A stretch of 63,867 bases of DNA, counting the filler, from Collodictyon triciliatum (lineage: Eukaryota): the NCBI GenBank assembly GCA_043381765.1. It is 37 parts of 37 records of this genome, joined end to end, with 100 filler letters (N's around TTAATTAATTAA, not from the genome) between each part and the next. Parts side by side here need not be neighbours in the genome. Positions count along the whole stretch, not along the records: positions 34,645 to 36,270 come from JBHJMP010010584.1; positions 36,371 to 37,996 come from JBHJMP010010585.1; positions 38,097 to 39,722 come from JBHJMP010010586.1; positions 39,823 to 41,447 come from JBHJMP010010587.1; positions 41,548 to 43,172 come from JBHJMP010010588.1; positions 43,273 to 44,897 come from JBHJMP010010589.1; positions 44,998 to 46,622 come from JBHJMP010010590.1; positions 46,723 to 48,346 come from JBHJMP010010591.1; 29 more parts are not named here. One strand, written 5' to 3'. This document shows positions 35,561 through 48,748 of this stretch, piece by piece (position 1 is the first letter of the stretch; each line of letters begins with the position of its first letter). A model generated the notes under the pieces. The model was not told the origin of the DNA. It did no database searches and saw only the letters and a program-made list of their open reading frames with translations. Made by a program: the position numbers and the translations under genes.

Positions 35561-37173
35561 AACACGATTGCGTCTAACAATAGAGAGCCAGCAAATACTC
35601 ATTCAAAAACCAGAATTAAAAAAAAAAGAAATAGAAAAATGGAAGATTTAGTGGCGTTGCATATGTGCTTCCTCCCTTATATAACGAATCTCAGTCCACC
35701 GAATAGGCTGTATTTCCATGAATCTTCGGTCTTTCCAGATCAAACGGATTTCTTCGATCAAGCAGAATCAAAACAATCAAACAGGAAATCGCAGCAACTC
35801 ACAAGGCAGGAAAGCCAGAGATGAAGCAGAATGAATCGCTGCATATATGTTTTCAAAGCAAGCGTGTTGTGAAGAGCCTCAAATAACAGCAGCATAAATA
35901 CTCTCTTTGCTGCGCAGTGAAATACGACGAAGAAGAAACTGATGTCGACTGCGTGGCCAACCTTGAGCTTTCCCAGCAACTGTTCGGGCCGATCGCTGGC
36001 AGCACACCGCGTCCTTTGAGGGATCTCGTCGAAATCATGGAAAAAAGTAAGAACTGAATACTTTCTTTTCGTTTTTCGTTTTCGTTTTCGTTTTCGTTTT
36101 TCTTTTCCTTTTTCGTTTTCGTTTTCCTTTTCCTTTTCCTTTTCCCGTTTTCGTTTTCGTTTTCGTTTTCCTTTCCTTTTCCTTTTCCTTTTCCTTTTCC
36201 TTTTCCTTTTCCTTTTCCTTTTCCTTTTCCTTTTCCTTTTCCTTTTCCTTTTCCTTTTCCTTTTCCTTTTNNNNNNNNNNNNNNNNNNNNNNNNNNNNNN
36301 NNNNNNNNNNNNNNTTAATTAATTAANNNNNNNNNNNNNNNNNNNNNNNNNNNNNNNNNNNNNNNNNNNNAAAAAAAAAAAAAAACACTAGAAAGGAGTC
36401 GATCGGGCCACCATTCACGCTCAAAAAGGCACGATTAAAATATTGTAAACTCTGAGTAGCTTTGCAGCGGGATCCGTCCAACCTAGCAGTATTGATTTTT
36501 TTTTTTCTACATTCTATGACTACTTCTTTCATTACAGTGGCGATCTTGTTTTGTCTGCCCGCGTGATCGAGCCAGCGCAGCCCCACAAACAGGCCCACGA
36601 GTCGGAAGGCTTTTGCTGCCCGGCAGGCTGATTGGTCGGCGGTCGGCTGCTGCAGTTTGCGGGAATTGGCGGAAAAGTGGCTGTTGGAAAATCTTTAGTC
36701 TAAATGTGGACTAAGCCACATGTCCTTATTGTGGATAATATATATAAATTATTTTTAGCATTCATATAGTTCAAAATTATATATATTTATGATAAAATTT
36801 AATATTTATTATATAATTGTAATGTTTCATAGGATCATATTTTGTGTTCTGAAATTCAAATTATGAAAATTCAAAATCATGGCAATTACGTGCTGGATAC
36901 ACACGCGTATCTGCTTTTTCGTAGTAGACAATCAGAAAAGAAAGGCCTTTTCTCACAGAGGCGACGCACAAACTCCAGAGAGGCGGAATGCATTTTACTT
37001 GGCCCACTGCTTGAAACTACTGCTTGCTTGTGAACTCTTTAACAACTCCACTTCTTTTGAAATCATGTATTCTAGTATTTCTTTGTATTGCAGCACACTG
37101 CTCCAAAGTTGTTTGGTTGTTGGTTGGTTATTTTTCCTGTAAAATCTGATTCGTTCCTTTGTTGCTATTCTTT

Positions 37174-37250
<77 letters not shown>

Positions 37251-37739
37251 GCCCTTTTCTTATTTCCTGGTACGTCTCTTATCACCAGTATATTTTCACA
37301 GGCACGGGGGATTTAGAATTAAGTAATAAACATGGGTGGTAAAGAAAACTCTGTAATCAGCGCCTCACTCAACACCTCGAACACCAATAAAATGAACGAC
37401 GGGGTAAATACTTGCTGTCTTAGATCGATTTCATTCACCTAGCCCCCAATACTCCTTAATGCAGTGCTTTTCTTTTGTTTTCTTTTCTTTTTAAAGATAT
37501 TTCAGCATTATGCAAAGTTTCACTTTCGCACTCGACTAACTTGATATTTCCTCAAAAAAAACCGATTCGAAACGAATACCCTGGTCTCTTTTCTCCAGTG
37601 GGCTCGTTTTTTGGAAACAGGTTTTATTCCTTATCTTTTTGTTTTTGTTTTTGTTTTTGTTTTTATTTTCACACACTGAATAGCTAACCAGGTTTGCGGA
37701 ATATCTTAATAATGCAGAATACGAGCTAATCTTGTTTAC

Positions 37740-37844
<105 letters not shown>

Positions 37845-38097
37845 TGCGAGACTTTCAGTTCAGCCATCATTGATATTTTCTGTTGGGGGGTTGAAGTCAG
37901 AACCAGAATCTGAAGCAGTCAAACTTTTCAGAGATTTAGAAGAGAATAAAAAGGTTTTCTTTTTCTCTCTTTTTCTCTCTTTTTCTCTCTTTTTCTNNNN
38001 NNNNNNNNNNNNNNNNNNNNNNNNNNNNNNNNNNNNNNNNTTAATTAATTAANNNNNNNNNNNNNNNNNNNNNNNNNNNNNNNNNNNNNNNNNNNNT

Positions 38098-38209
<112 letters not shown>

Positions 38210-38586
38210 TTTTTCTTTTTTTCTTTCTTTCTTTCTTTCCTTCTTTCTTTCTTTCTTTCTTTCCTTTTTTTCTTCTTTTTTTCCTCTTTTCTTCTTTTTT
38301 CCTCTTTTTTTTCTTTTTTCCTTGTTCTGATGAAAAAAAACTGCACACAAGCAGCATTTAATGATCAATACGTACCCGCGTTTCTTCTTGGAAGCAAAAA
38401 GCATGAAGGAAAAAAAAAAAAGAAAAAGAAAAAACAAACGAAAGTATGCCTTCAACATTGCTATTGCGCTTACCTTTTTGGCGATGGCTGCCAGAAAAGA
38501 CAGCCAGAGGCCTTGTTTCTCCTGGACTCAACATAGACTCACAGCCTCTTTAAACGCCAGCCACTTTCGTACTTCCTCCCAGCAGA

Positions 38587-39007
38587 ATGGAGCCTACGAA
38601 TCCGACAGAGCTGACACCCTCACCAGCCCCAACCAAAACGTAATCCCAGAAAGTTTTCAGCGATCCTTGGGCGTGCTCTTGGCGATGAAAACGCCTAACC
38701 CAAACTCACAGCTTTCTCTATTCAACTTTACTTGCTTTGTTTTCCTTGTCGAAATAGCAATCACTTCACTTTTTTTTCTTCTCTCTTCTACTCCCATATT
38801 TGTTTCTTGCCCTTTGGGAGCAAAGTGTACTTTACTTCTCATATATTATTTTCTTTCTCCTTCTTTTCCGACCTGCTTCATAGGCGCAAGTCTAAATGGG
38901 ACGTTGCAAACCCCCCGGAGCGTTCTGAGGATCCGATGGAAAAGGTTAAGCGACTGGCTCAGGAAATCGCCGCTCAGATGGGCTCAATGGCATCACCTCC
39001 GGCTGCG
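38587..39007 (+). CDS. N-terminal exons of an unknown protein (MEPTNP...TRKSKWDV...), possibly an RNA-processing factor
   Basis: A frame-preserving GT..AG intron joins 38587-38639 to 38885-39007. Only a short RKSKWD motif is recognisable. Confidence 0.4.
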
Positions 39008-39058
39008 GTTTATTCTTATTCTTATTATTATTGTTGTTGTTGTTTGTTGTTTGTTGTT

Positions 39059-39059
39059 T

Positions 39060-39122
<63 letters not shown>

Positions 39123-39154
39123 TTCTTCCTTTCAATTTTGTGCAGGATGGCGGG
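39059..39154 (-). mobile_element. ~34-nt family-A tail plus (TAAA)n tail with a 17-bp TSD, in an intron
   Basis: GTTTGTTGTTTGTTGTT at 39042-39058 and 39155-39171; body TATTCTTCCTTTCAATTTTGTGCAGGATGG. Confidence 0.82.
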
Positions 39155-39850
39155 GTTTGTTGTTTGTTGTTACTTGTTATTTTTAATCACCATCGTCATA
39201 ATTATGATTATCATCTATGTAGAAAAAAGGAAGAAGAATCAAAGTAGGCCATATATTCCGGGTAATTGCAACATCATTTATCTTCAATTTATTCACATCC
39301 AGGGTGCCATCAACATTTAGACATTCTCAGGCACAAGGTCATCGGAGACTCGGTGTTTTTTTCTTGACACCACACGAACTACGACGCCGCAGAAATGTCG
39401 CAACAGGCTTGGTTCTAAATTTACATCATCCAATTGGCTTAAACGCTTAAAATGAGAAAAGGACATTTAAGCGTGTTGATATATTCATCAATAATAGTTG
39501 CAAAATTAAATGAATGATCATCATACTTTTTTTAAATTTTTTTTAATTATTATGGTGTCTCCTCAAACCAAGATTAAGCTAATGTAAGAAAAGTATAAAC
39601 CTTATTCGTCATATAGTGTCAACTTGGCCAAGTGCTTTGAGTCCGAACAGTATGAGTTCAGGTAGCAAGGTAGCTGGGTTATTCCACGGGGTGCCCTCTT
39701 CATCTTATCGAAATCACTCAAGNNNNNNNNNNNNNNNNNNNNNNNNNNNNNNNNNNNNNNNNNNNNTTAATTAATTAANNNNNNNNNNNNNNNNNNNNNN
39801 NNNNNNNNNNNNNNNNNNNNNNACTCATCACCAGTGAGTCCGTCTGTACG

Positions 39851-39960
<110 letters not shown>

Positions 39961-40834
39961 CCTATAAATCTATCAATCTATCAATCTATCAATCTATCAA
40001 TCTATCAATCTATCTTTCGGCCTTTGAATCAAATAAAGAAAAAAAATTATCCAATTTTCGGTCGGTGCTGTATGAGACAAAAGTCAGCTCAGGTGAAACA
40101 CCGCCTCTTTATCAGTGAGTTTTACCAGCCAAGCCTGGCCAACGCCCTATAGCCCGCCCGCCATAGTTTTTTTTTCAACCGCATTTTCTTTGCACGTCCG
40201 CGCACCATCGCGGAGCAGCCAGGACATGACAAAACGGACAAGAGGATGACAGTTGGATTTTTAAATATCATGACGCTTCTGGAAATTGCATATCTGGAAA
40301 ATATATTTAATCGGTGTCCGCAGAATTCCCAAAAGGGTGCAGGGGATTTTGTGTAGCTGGACTGGCCCTCTCGTTTGCGCTGTTGTGTAGTGAGGGGTGA
40401 TTATTTGCAACAATATTGATCTTGTAAGTTTATTAAATTTTAATGATGCTGATATTCAGTTGAACTAATTTCGTTCATTTCGCCTTGGATTGAGATGTCT
40501 TTTGAATCACGCTGGAGGGTAGGAATGACCTAAACTGAAGCCGTGCTCTGAGCTCGGGTTTGGTGGTTGAAGAGCGATAATCCTCTGCAAAGAACTTTGT
40601 TATTCCTTTTTTCATACGCATCTGGAATTTACAATCATGATTTATACTTCACTTACATAAACATTGCTTTGTGGTTCAGCCAAGCATCCCTTTCTGATGT
40701 TTGGTAACGTCCGTCTGGTGAGCACATCATGTGAATATTGTCAAATTTAGCGAAGCTGCGTGGCATCAGAGGAAGTGGGTGATGCATGAGGGGTGATGAA
40801 TGGTGAAATTCTTGATCTATCTATTAAAATAGAA

Positions 40835-41273
40835 TTAAAGGGTGTACCTGCGAGCATTGATGAACCAGTTGTTGATTTGTGCCATGGATAGTCCGGTTAA
40901 CTGAGAAAGACGGACTTTGATATCTTCATTTGGATATGGGCAATGAGTATTCCCTTTCAACCATTCATTAAGAAGATTTGTGACGCTCTTTGGAAAATTT
41001 CCCCTCTTCTTTCGGTTTCCCGAATATTGGTCGCTTTGTATCATGTGGATCGAAGAGGCACTAAACTTCCAGTCGAACCGAGTTTCTGTGTGCTCCTTGT
41101 TTGCCATGAACCTTTTAGTATCATCAATTACAAGGTGACTATTTAGCCTCGTCGATGCAATAGAAATAGCTGGAGCCCCGCGTGCTGATGGTAGCGATTC
41201 GGTGTGCAGAAATTTAGTCAAAGGAAAAACTTTGGAGGCCGCGTCTTTATCTCCACTATCAAAGCCTGCCATT
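40835..41273 (-). CDS. TALE-class homeodomain transcription factor (last exon)
   Basis: RKKRGNFPKSVTNLLNEWLKGNTHCPYPNEDIKVRLSQLTGLSMAQINNWFINARR, with the PYP loop and WFINARR. Confidence 0.93.
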
Positions 41274-41756
41274 CTAATAGAAAAGGAGTTAATGATAACA
41301 ATAATAAACAATAATAAACAATAATAAACAATAATAAACAATAATAAACAATAATAAACAATAATAAACAATAATAAACAATAATAAACAATAATAAACA
41401 ATAATGAACAATAACAATAACAACAACAACAATAAAAATATAATCTANNNNNNNNNNNNNNNNNNNNNNNNNNNNNNNNNNNNNNNNNNNNTTAATTAAT
41501 TAANNNNNNNNNNNNNNNNNNNNNNNNNNNNNNNNNNNNNNNNNNNNTTCCACATAGCCACATATTTTTTTTCTCATGATAAAAAAAAAGAAAAGAAAAG
41601 AAAAGAAAAGAAAAGAAAAGAAAAGAAAAGAAAAGAAAAGAAAAGAAAAGAAAAGAAAAGAAAAGAAAAGAAAAGAGAAAGAAAAAGAAAGAAAAAGAAA
41701 AAACAAACATATCAAGGATGAATACGCCGAGTTATTTTTCTCTTCCGCCACCCAAG

Positions 41757-42866
41757 TCAAGCGGCAGTCTGCTCAATCTTTGGAACTGCAAACTCTGCTG
41801 CGCGCATGGAGAACCCGGCAAGGTTCCGCTCCAATAAAATATTAATGGTGTGGCCGTGGGGTTTTGTTTCCGGGATGCGGATTACGTAGATGCTGGTGTT
41901 GTCCATGGAAAGCGGCTCCATCATGGTTGTGATATTCACAGAGTGCACCAGCACGTCGATAGGGTGCGTCTCTTCTTTCTGGTTCTCCATCTTGCGAAGC
42001 ATCAGCTGCAGCTTGAATCGGAGAGTTTGCCCGAGAGCCATGGAGATTTCCGCCGCAGGGAGCGCGTATCTCTTTGGCAGGTCGCGATAGCGCATATGCA
42101 GGACAGACGTCCACGCCTGATTCTGCTCGTCCTGCCGCGTGTAGACCAGACGAAAGACAGTCCCGCTCTTTTCCAGGACCGGCAGCGCCACGCCGGTGTT
42201 GATGTGCTTTGTCTCGGCCCCTTCGATGGCAAAGCAGAATCGCCAGCGATGCCTGTTGGGATAGAGCCAGCCAAGGTTCAGGCCTTCCTTCTTCCAGTCG
42301 CCCACAGACTCGATGGGGGGATAGAGATTCGACGCGGACGGAGCCGCAGCCGGCTTTGCCTCTGCTTTCGCAGGCACGCCTTTGGGCTCCGTCTTAATCG
42401 GCATCGAAGGCTCTGCGCGATTATGGGTCAGCCCCGGCGGAGATAGAGCCTCCATATTCTCCTTGGCCGGCTCCTCTCTCCTTGCTGCATACTCCTCTTT
42501 GATTGCGCGCAAACTCTCGGCAGCCTTCGACGATGGAGGCTGAGAAGCCACCTGCACAGTCGGCTTTTCCAAGAGCGTTTGGGGGATGCTTAGGGTGCTG
42601 GCGTTGGCATCGTGCGTTTGTGTGAGAGACGAGATAGTTGTGAAGCTGTCTTCTGCGCGGGGCCTTTTGGAGTGGCGGTCGCTGTCTTTGGGGGTGGAAT
42701 CGGCAGGCAGAGTATTCGTGGGCGTTGCTTCTGGTTGGGCGAGCGCAGCTTTGCCGGGTTCGCTGTATTCTGCCGAGAAGGCGCGGCGGAGGAGGACTTT
42801 CCATGAGTGCAGCTCTTGCTCGAGTTCGCCGACCCGGGCTTCCAGTTGCTTGACTCGCTCGTCCAT
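41757..42866 (-). CDS. Intronless 369-aa protein of unknown function (N-terminal coiled coil, low-complexity linker, globular C-terminal half)
   Basis: Long ATG-to-stop GC-rich ORF; no family recognised. Confidence 0.7.
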   Translation of the reverse strand: MDERVKQLEARVGELEQELHSWKVLLRRAFSAEYSEPGKAALAQPEATPTNTLPADSTPKDSDRHSKRPRAEDSFTTISSLTQTHDANASTLSIPQTLLEKPTVQVASQPPSSKAAESLRAIKEEYAARREEPAKENMEALSPPGLTHNRAEPSMPIKTEPKGVPAKAEAKPAAAPSASNLYPPIESVGDWKKEGLNLGWLYPNRHRWRFCFAIEGAETKHINTGVALPVLEKSGTVFRLVYTRQDEQNQAWTSVLHMRYRDLPKRYALPAAEISMALGQTLRFKLQLMLRKMENQKEETHPIDVLVHSVNITTMMEPLSMDNTSIYVIRIPETKPHGHTINILLERNLAGFSMRAAEFAVPKIEQTAA

Positions 42867-45050
42867 GGGCTCGCGGAATACCTTTGCGATCAGAGGGGGG
42901 TGCGTTGTTCCTTCTTTTTCTTTGTTTGTTTGTTTGTTTGTTTGTTTGTTTGTTTGTTTGTTTGTTTGTTTGTTTTTAGTCTTTCTGATTTTGATTTTTT
43001 ACGTATGCGACGGGCTTGGCGCTTGAAAGAATCAAAAAAAAAGGGGAGAAGAAAAATAACAATATTGAAAAGGATAAAGAGAAAAAGAGAAAAAGAGAAA
43101 AAGAGAAAAAGAGAAAAAGAGAAAAAGAGAAAAAGAGAAAAAGAGAAAAAGAGAAAAAGAGAAAAAGAGAAANNNNNNNNNNNNNNNNNNNNNNNNNNNN
43201 NNNNNNNNNNNNNNNNTTAATTAATTAANNNNNNNNNNNNNNNNNNNNNNNNNNNNNNNNNNNNNNNNNNNNTATTTCTTTATTTCTTTATTTCTTTATT
43301 TCTTTATTTCTTTATTTCTTTATTTCTTTATTTCTTTATTTCTTTATTTCTTTATTTCTTTATTTCTCTATTTCTCCCTGTGGACTGCCGCACACAAACA
43401 TACGCTGCCCCTACGAGGCAGCAGATGCGGCACCGGCACCGGCTTGACAAAGGGCAGCCCTAATCCCTCCTTTGTCTGGCGTTACGGCCACTCTCGGTTG
43501 GGTGCACAAAATATCATGTGGATGTACCTACGAGCAAGCCGTTGCACACAGGGAACAGCCACCCGGTGCATATCGGTTCAGTTCGCACACACACCCGCCT
43601 CAGTTGCAGGCGTCGCGTGTTCCCCGTCTTTTGACAAAAGGCAAAAGCTGCCTCTGCCCGTGCTTCTTGGAATCCCAGATTCCTGCCGTTCCATGGTGCG
43701 CCATATAGGGACAACCGGGATGTGGCCAGTTCTCTCCTAACGGCGTTCTCGACAACGCTGCGCAACCGAAGTCCACGCGCTGCCTTTCCATGTTTCTGTC
43801 TTTCACAAACCAACAGCTTCATTCTCTATTGCAAACAAACACTGTGGGAAGGAACCTCTTCCAAAGCCAATCCAGAGACAAACGCACATTCGCTAATAAA
43901 TGGGTTCATTTTGCAGGTGCCATCATTCCCTAATGTGCAGGCCAAGTTGCTTGCACAGTGGGAAATGCCGTGTTCTTGGAAAAAAGGACTACCCAGTCCC
44001 AGATCTGGAAAACAGCGAATTACCAGCCTCGACACTCAGCCGGCTGTGCCACGTACATGGCCATGGCTGGCTGTCTGTATGATTTGCTAGTACAGCTGAA
44101 TATAATTCAGGAGATTACCCACCGCACTTCAAATTGGGTTTTCTTGTACTCAAAAGTATGATGGACTATATATTCCACATATGTACATATAATTCCAGTA
44201 TGAGAACTGTAATTCACCGCCACAGAAACCAAAAGCGCAACTAAAAACCCAAGTCTTTTGTGATGAATAAAAATAACAATAAATAAAACCAAGACGCTCT
44301 CTGAGCCACCTACAGAGAGAGAGAGAGAGACAGAGAGAGGGCTGGGACTCATAACGCCTTGTATTGCATGGAAATCTCTCACGATGAAGTGGTGGACGGA
44401 CATGCTCACGCAGCCGAAAGGGTTTTGGCTAAATGGGATGAGGCATCTCATCACCACATATGCCCGAACTTCGAAGCGCAGCTCTGTGACAGCTGAATTC
44501 CATCACCCAAACCAGACACCCCTGAGCTGCTACTAGCGCGGTGGAAGATTCTGTATGAAAACTGTGAAATGTGCGGGTCTACCCAACTACAGGCTGTTAC
44601 GGGCCAACTTTGCTGGGATAGAGCAAAAGACTTCCGCACCACCAAACAGGTTCACGAAGGCAACGCGGCCACAATCAGAGAAATCTCATTCAAAGAAGAC
44701 GGCTCATAAATCACAACACCAGGCTCCACCGCACTTCGCACACAAGATGCACAGCCAACCACAGCCGTCCTGAATAACAAAGGAAAATGGTGCTCACGCA
44801 GACCAATCTCATACGACATCCCGTCGCCATTCTTTTTCCGCCTCAAGAACGAACACTCGTCTAACGGTGCGCAGTCTATGCAGTTCTCGATGGCTATNNN
44901 NNNNNNNNNNNNNNNNNNNNNNNNNNNNNNNNNNNNNNNNNTTAATTAATTAANNNNNNNNNNNNNNNNNNNNNNNNNNNNNNNNNNNNNNNNNNNNAAG
45001 TAAAAAAAAGTAAAAAAAAGTAAAAAAAAGAAAAAAAAGAAAAAAAAAAG

Positions 45051-45118
<68 letters not shown>

Positions 45119-45741
45119 AAAAAAAAAGAAAGGCTCAAGGCACACGACCAAAAAAAACCCACTCTGAAAATAATGACTTTCGAAGTGCAGTACACGATAA
45201 GGCACTCAAGATCGGAGTGCGGCAGGTGTTTATGGAGGACCTGTAGAAATAGTTTGCCACGAATAACATCTTCCCGGTCATCCAGGCGAAATGTATGTGC
45301 GAGAGCCAGTACTCTATGGAAATGTTGCTGGCGCGGCTGGTGATTGCGTGTCGCCTGGTACACTTCAGGCTCGCCATATAAGTGCTGTACCCGATGCTGC
45401 GCATCATTGCTCCGTGATGGCTGCCGGAGTTCTCAGTGTCCTTCCAAGGCCGTCGTACTTACCCATATAGAGCCCATCCATATTACTATTAATGAGGCGC
45501 GACAAGTTTATACCTTTCTTTGCCCCTAGAAATAATAGTCAATGCAAGTATATTCACCTTAATCAAGAGGGCTAAAACAGCTCCGTAAAAACAGTGTAAG
45601 TTTTATGTCATTTGAAAAGATTGAGATACATGATTGACGGCTTTTCATGCTGATATTGTGTTAAGATGTTTGAATATTGAATGGCATACATATAAAACTA
45701 ATTAGTTCGATCTGACTGAGTAATAAGATAAGCAGAAAAGG

Positions 45742-45821
45742 TTGCGAACAAAAGCCAACATCTCCACCATCCTGCACAAAATTGAAAGGAAGAATAAAAA
45801 AAAAAAAAAAAAAAAAAAAAA
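45742..45821 (+). mobile_element. ~54-nt family-A tail plus long poly(A), with a 17-bp TSD
   Basis: AAGATAAGCAGAAAAGG (45725-45741) / AAGATAAGCAAAAAAGG (45822-45838). Confidence 0.92.
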
Positions 45822-46158
45822 AAGATAAGCAAAAAAGGGCATTCCGTCGTCCTATCCACACGAGCGACGACCAAGTAAATTCCCATAATTTGAGAAGAAA
45901 ATAAGAAAAATGCAGCTGCAATACGAGAAGCATAATGAGACGCCTGAAAAAGAGGGAGACGGACTAGCAATGATGTAGGTTTACGACAGGCAAATAAAGC
46001 AAAAGGAGACACTGCAGCAAATAGAAGAATGACTTCATGACCAAGCAATCCGCGCAATGAATCGAAGAGAACAAGAGACACCTGACAAAAGGGTTAGTAG
46101 GCTTCATGTTCTAGCCATCAAGTCATAGAGAGCAACATAATGATGAATATAGTGCTCA

Positions 46159-46622
46159 GTTTTTTTTATACTTCCCTTCAATTTTGTGCAGGATGATGGA
46201 GATGTTGGCTTTGGTTCGCTAGCCATCGTTTGCATGGACGCTACTTGGTGGCAGGGTGGCGGAGAAGTAGTCGGTAATCAGGAATTGCATCCTGCGGTTT
46301 GGCCTGTAGCCTGGGTCTTGCGCCTGCATGAGAGAGACAAAGCAAGCTTTAATATCTTTCTCAGCCTCTTTCCACATGTCTCTTCTCACAGGGTCTGGGT
46401 AATAGAGAACGTGCAGGTGGCAGAGGAGCTGTTGAGAAAAGAGATTTGTATGATGTCATTCAGTCTATTATCAGGAATGGGTGGCTGGTTGTTGAATCTT
46501 GATTTGCGTGAGTATATGCGCGATATCCACATAGTCCATAGCAAATGGCCTCGCGTCACTGCCCAGAATGTTTTTGCATCTGGACGCAGCTGTTGCAGAG
46601 GCCCAAATATCGCCTGGATTGG
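46159..46622 (-). mobile_element. Family-A LINE 3' 460 nt (cut by the contig end)
   Basis: Near-identical to 25609-25906 and 48749-49210. Confidence 0.93.
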
Positions 46623-48748
46623 NNNNNNNNNNNNNNNNNNNNNNNNNNNNNNNNNNNNNNNNNNNNTTAATTAATTAANNNNNNNNNNNNNNNNNNNNNN
46701 NNNNNNNNNNNNNNNNNNNNNNAGGAAAGAGAAGAAAAGAGAAGAAAAGAGAAGAAAAGAGAAGAAAAGAGAAGAAAAGAGAAGAAAAGAGAAGAAAAGA
46801 GAAGAAAAGAGAAGAAAAGAAAAGAGAAGAGAAGAAAAGAGAAGAAAAGAAAAGAAAAGAAAAGAGAAGAGAAGAGAAGAGAAGAAAAGAAAAGAAAAGA
46901 AAAGAAAAGAAAAGAAAAGAAAAGAAAAGAAAAGAGAAAAAAAGAAAAGAAAAGAGAAGAAAAGAAAAGAAAAGAAAAGAAAAGAAAAGAAAAGAAAAGA
47001 AAAGAGAAAAGAAAAGAAAAGAAAAGAAAAGAGAAGAAAACAAAACAAAACAAAACAAAAAGAAAAGAAAACAAAAAGAAGAGAAAAAAAAGAATAGAGG
47101 AGATGAGAAAATGCTGAGTGGTTACTCGGCCGTTTGATAAATCGTCTGCTTTTGTATGAGTATAGCGACAACAATTGACTTTCTTTGATTGGGGCGGGTT
47201 TGTCTCTTTCGACCACTTATGGGTACACACCTATCTGTATAATCCCCACTCTTTATTACCGTCAAAACACAAAAAAAAAACAAAAAAACAAAAAAACAAA
47301 AAAACAAAAAAAACAAAAAATGATGACCTTGACAATCCGGTAATACCTACTGATAATAATCTCACTTCTGGTAACATACTGAATCAAGTAATCTTTGTTT
47401 TCCAAAAAATATGATATGAGATTGGAAAACGTACCCAACCACCTCTGAATCACTGAGCAACTGGCTCTTTATCCTCAATGGAATATAATAACACGGAGCT
47501 CGACTCATGGAATCAGATCCGCTTATTTTTTTGTGAAGGTGTATAATTTAAACAATAAGGTGCATTCGTCGTTTATTTATGAATGATTTGAATATTTGGT
47601 TGGTTGTTTGATTGACTGATTGGTTGGCTGGCTATTGCATCTCCATCCTAACGCCACACCCAGCTTATTGAGTCGCTTGTATTAGAGATTCTTTTTCCCC
47701 TTTTGAAACAAGCATATGTTTTGTGCACAATTTCAGGCAGTATACAGAGACACAAATAGCTCCATCGTTAAGCGATATGTGTATGTGTGCAGAGCTGAGG
47801 GAGGATATAACTGTTTATATAACTCCAATCTCTGTATACAACAAAAGCCAACAAAAAGCAAAAATCAATCAACAATCAAACAATCAACAACCAATCAACA
47901 ACCAATCAATCAATCGAATCGAATCGAATCGAATCGAGTCAATCAACAATCAATCAACAATCAATCAACAAACAATCAACAAACAATCAATCGACAATCA
48001 ACAATCAACCTGTGATCGATTGTAATCTGATCTGATCGACTTCAACCCGATATGTCCTCTATTTTTTCTCATCAGCTATTTGTACTCCGACTTCTGTCGC
48101 ATTTCAAGTTTTTTTGAGTCGATCTTTTTATTCGTTCATCAAAAAACGGCCATTCTTTTTCTACCAATCAAAAACTATGTGTCACAAGATGCGTGGGATA
48201 CTTTCTCTCCTTTCGATGAGGTCTCAGCTCAACTTACCATTTCTAAAGCTTAGAAAATATTTTATTCAAGATATTAATATTCAACCGAAAAAAAAATGTC
48301 TTTTGATGGGAACCCTTCACACTGGGCTTTATGTTTTTTTTTTTTTNNNNNNNNNNNNNNNNNNNNNNNNNNNNNNNNNNNNNNNNNNNNTTAATTAATT
48401 AANNNNNNNNNNNNNNNNNNNNNNNNNNNNNNNNNNNNNNNNNNNNCACTGACAAAGGGACTTCCTATTCCCTCAAACCCATCTCCAGGCACAACCAAGG
48501 AACAGGTTATCCCATAGCTCTGCAAGGAATGCAAAAATGATGTTTATAGTTTTCATTTGTCCTTTCTTAAGCACAGATATTATATATTTGCCCCTCTCTT
48601 TTTCACCTCTTTCTTGGGTATGAGAAGCTTCTGGCGTTGCTTCCTGCGACCCTTCTTTGTGATAACTCTGTCCCGCATGCACCCGCGCGTGTCCCGAATC
48701 TAAGCCGAGAGCAATCAAAGGTTATTTTGCAGCATGTAGTTTCTTATT

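Noticed and set aside
46186-46674. Recurrent ORF 'VQDGGDVGFGSLAIVCMDATW...' as a multicopy gene family
   Set aside because: It is the antisense reading of the family-A LINE 3' end.
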